This document shows positions 1-64,000 of a stretch of 64,000 nucleotides of DNA, piece by piece. The stretch comes from Octopus sinensis. Lineage: Eukaryota. The notes beneath the pieces were generated by a model that saw nothing but the letters and a program-made list of their open reading frames with translations, was not told the DNA's origin and did not search any database. Positions within the stretch are counted from its first letter, which is position 1, and the number at the start of each line of letters is the position of its first letter. A program made the translations under genes and the position numbers. The stretch lies in contig NC_043003.1 of the NCBI RefSeq assembly GCF_006345805.1, positions 100,068,001 to 100,132,000 on the forward strand, written 5' to 3'.

Positions 1-207
1 AATGCCGCTTCTGCATTCAGTGGTACGTACTTTGCACACACTCTCAGACACACATACACACACGTGGTGTTGGTAGGTACTCTGCTGATGCTTCCAGTGG
101 AAATCACACTGTTACGGCAGCACACTGATGCGGTGGGATTCAGGACACTTGAGGATACTGCTTCGATGAGTTGAAATCAAATAGAGGCAATGCGTGAAGT
201 TCCAAGT
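1..207 (-). other. Start of SMG1 3' UTR (continues beyond window start)
   Basis: Sequence directly downstream of the TGA on the minus strand; no polyA site identified. Confidence 0.75.

Positions 208-64000
<63,793 letters not shown>

Noticed and set aside
112-207. 31 open codons after the SMG1 TGA (readthrough extension)
   Set aside because: The stop context TGA-ACT is not a readthrough motif, the length is within chance, and PIKK FATC domains end at the C-terminus.

Overview
AT-rich, microsatellite- and repeat-rich animal genomic DNA. The repeat families resemble those I recall from Octopus/coleoid genomes (unverified). The whole window lies inside the 3' part of one minus-strand gene, SMG1, the PIKK kinase of nonsense-mediated decay. 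I reconstructed 36 GT-AG exons by hand, from 64000 (truncated by the window edge) down to the TGA at 208-210. They splice in frame to 4704 nt = 1567 aa plus stop, covering the end of the FRB-like region, the kinase domain ([19 protein letters not shown]), the long SMG1 insertion and the FATC tail (LYEGWTPWV*). The introns hold three mariner elements, a Buster-type hAT remnant, several Helitrons (two with both termini, plus helicase fragments and a 165-bp tandem array), RTE-type LINE pieces, tRNA-headed SINEs with RTE-like tails and microsatellites. The most unusual item is a 161-bp fold-back at 35387-35547, nested in a mariner, that carries a decayed minimal type-I hammerhead ribozyme of the Penelope/dimer-cleaving kind. 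Three more snap-back inverted repeats occur at 14708, 27015 and 40641. No rRNA, tRNA gene or CRISPR array is supported.
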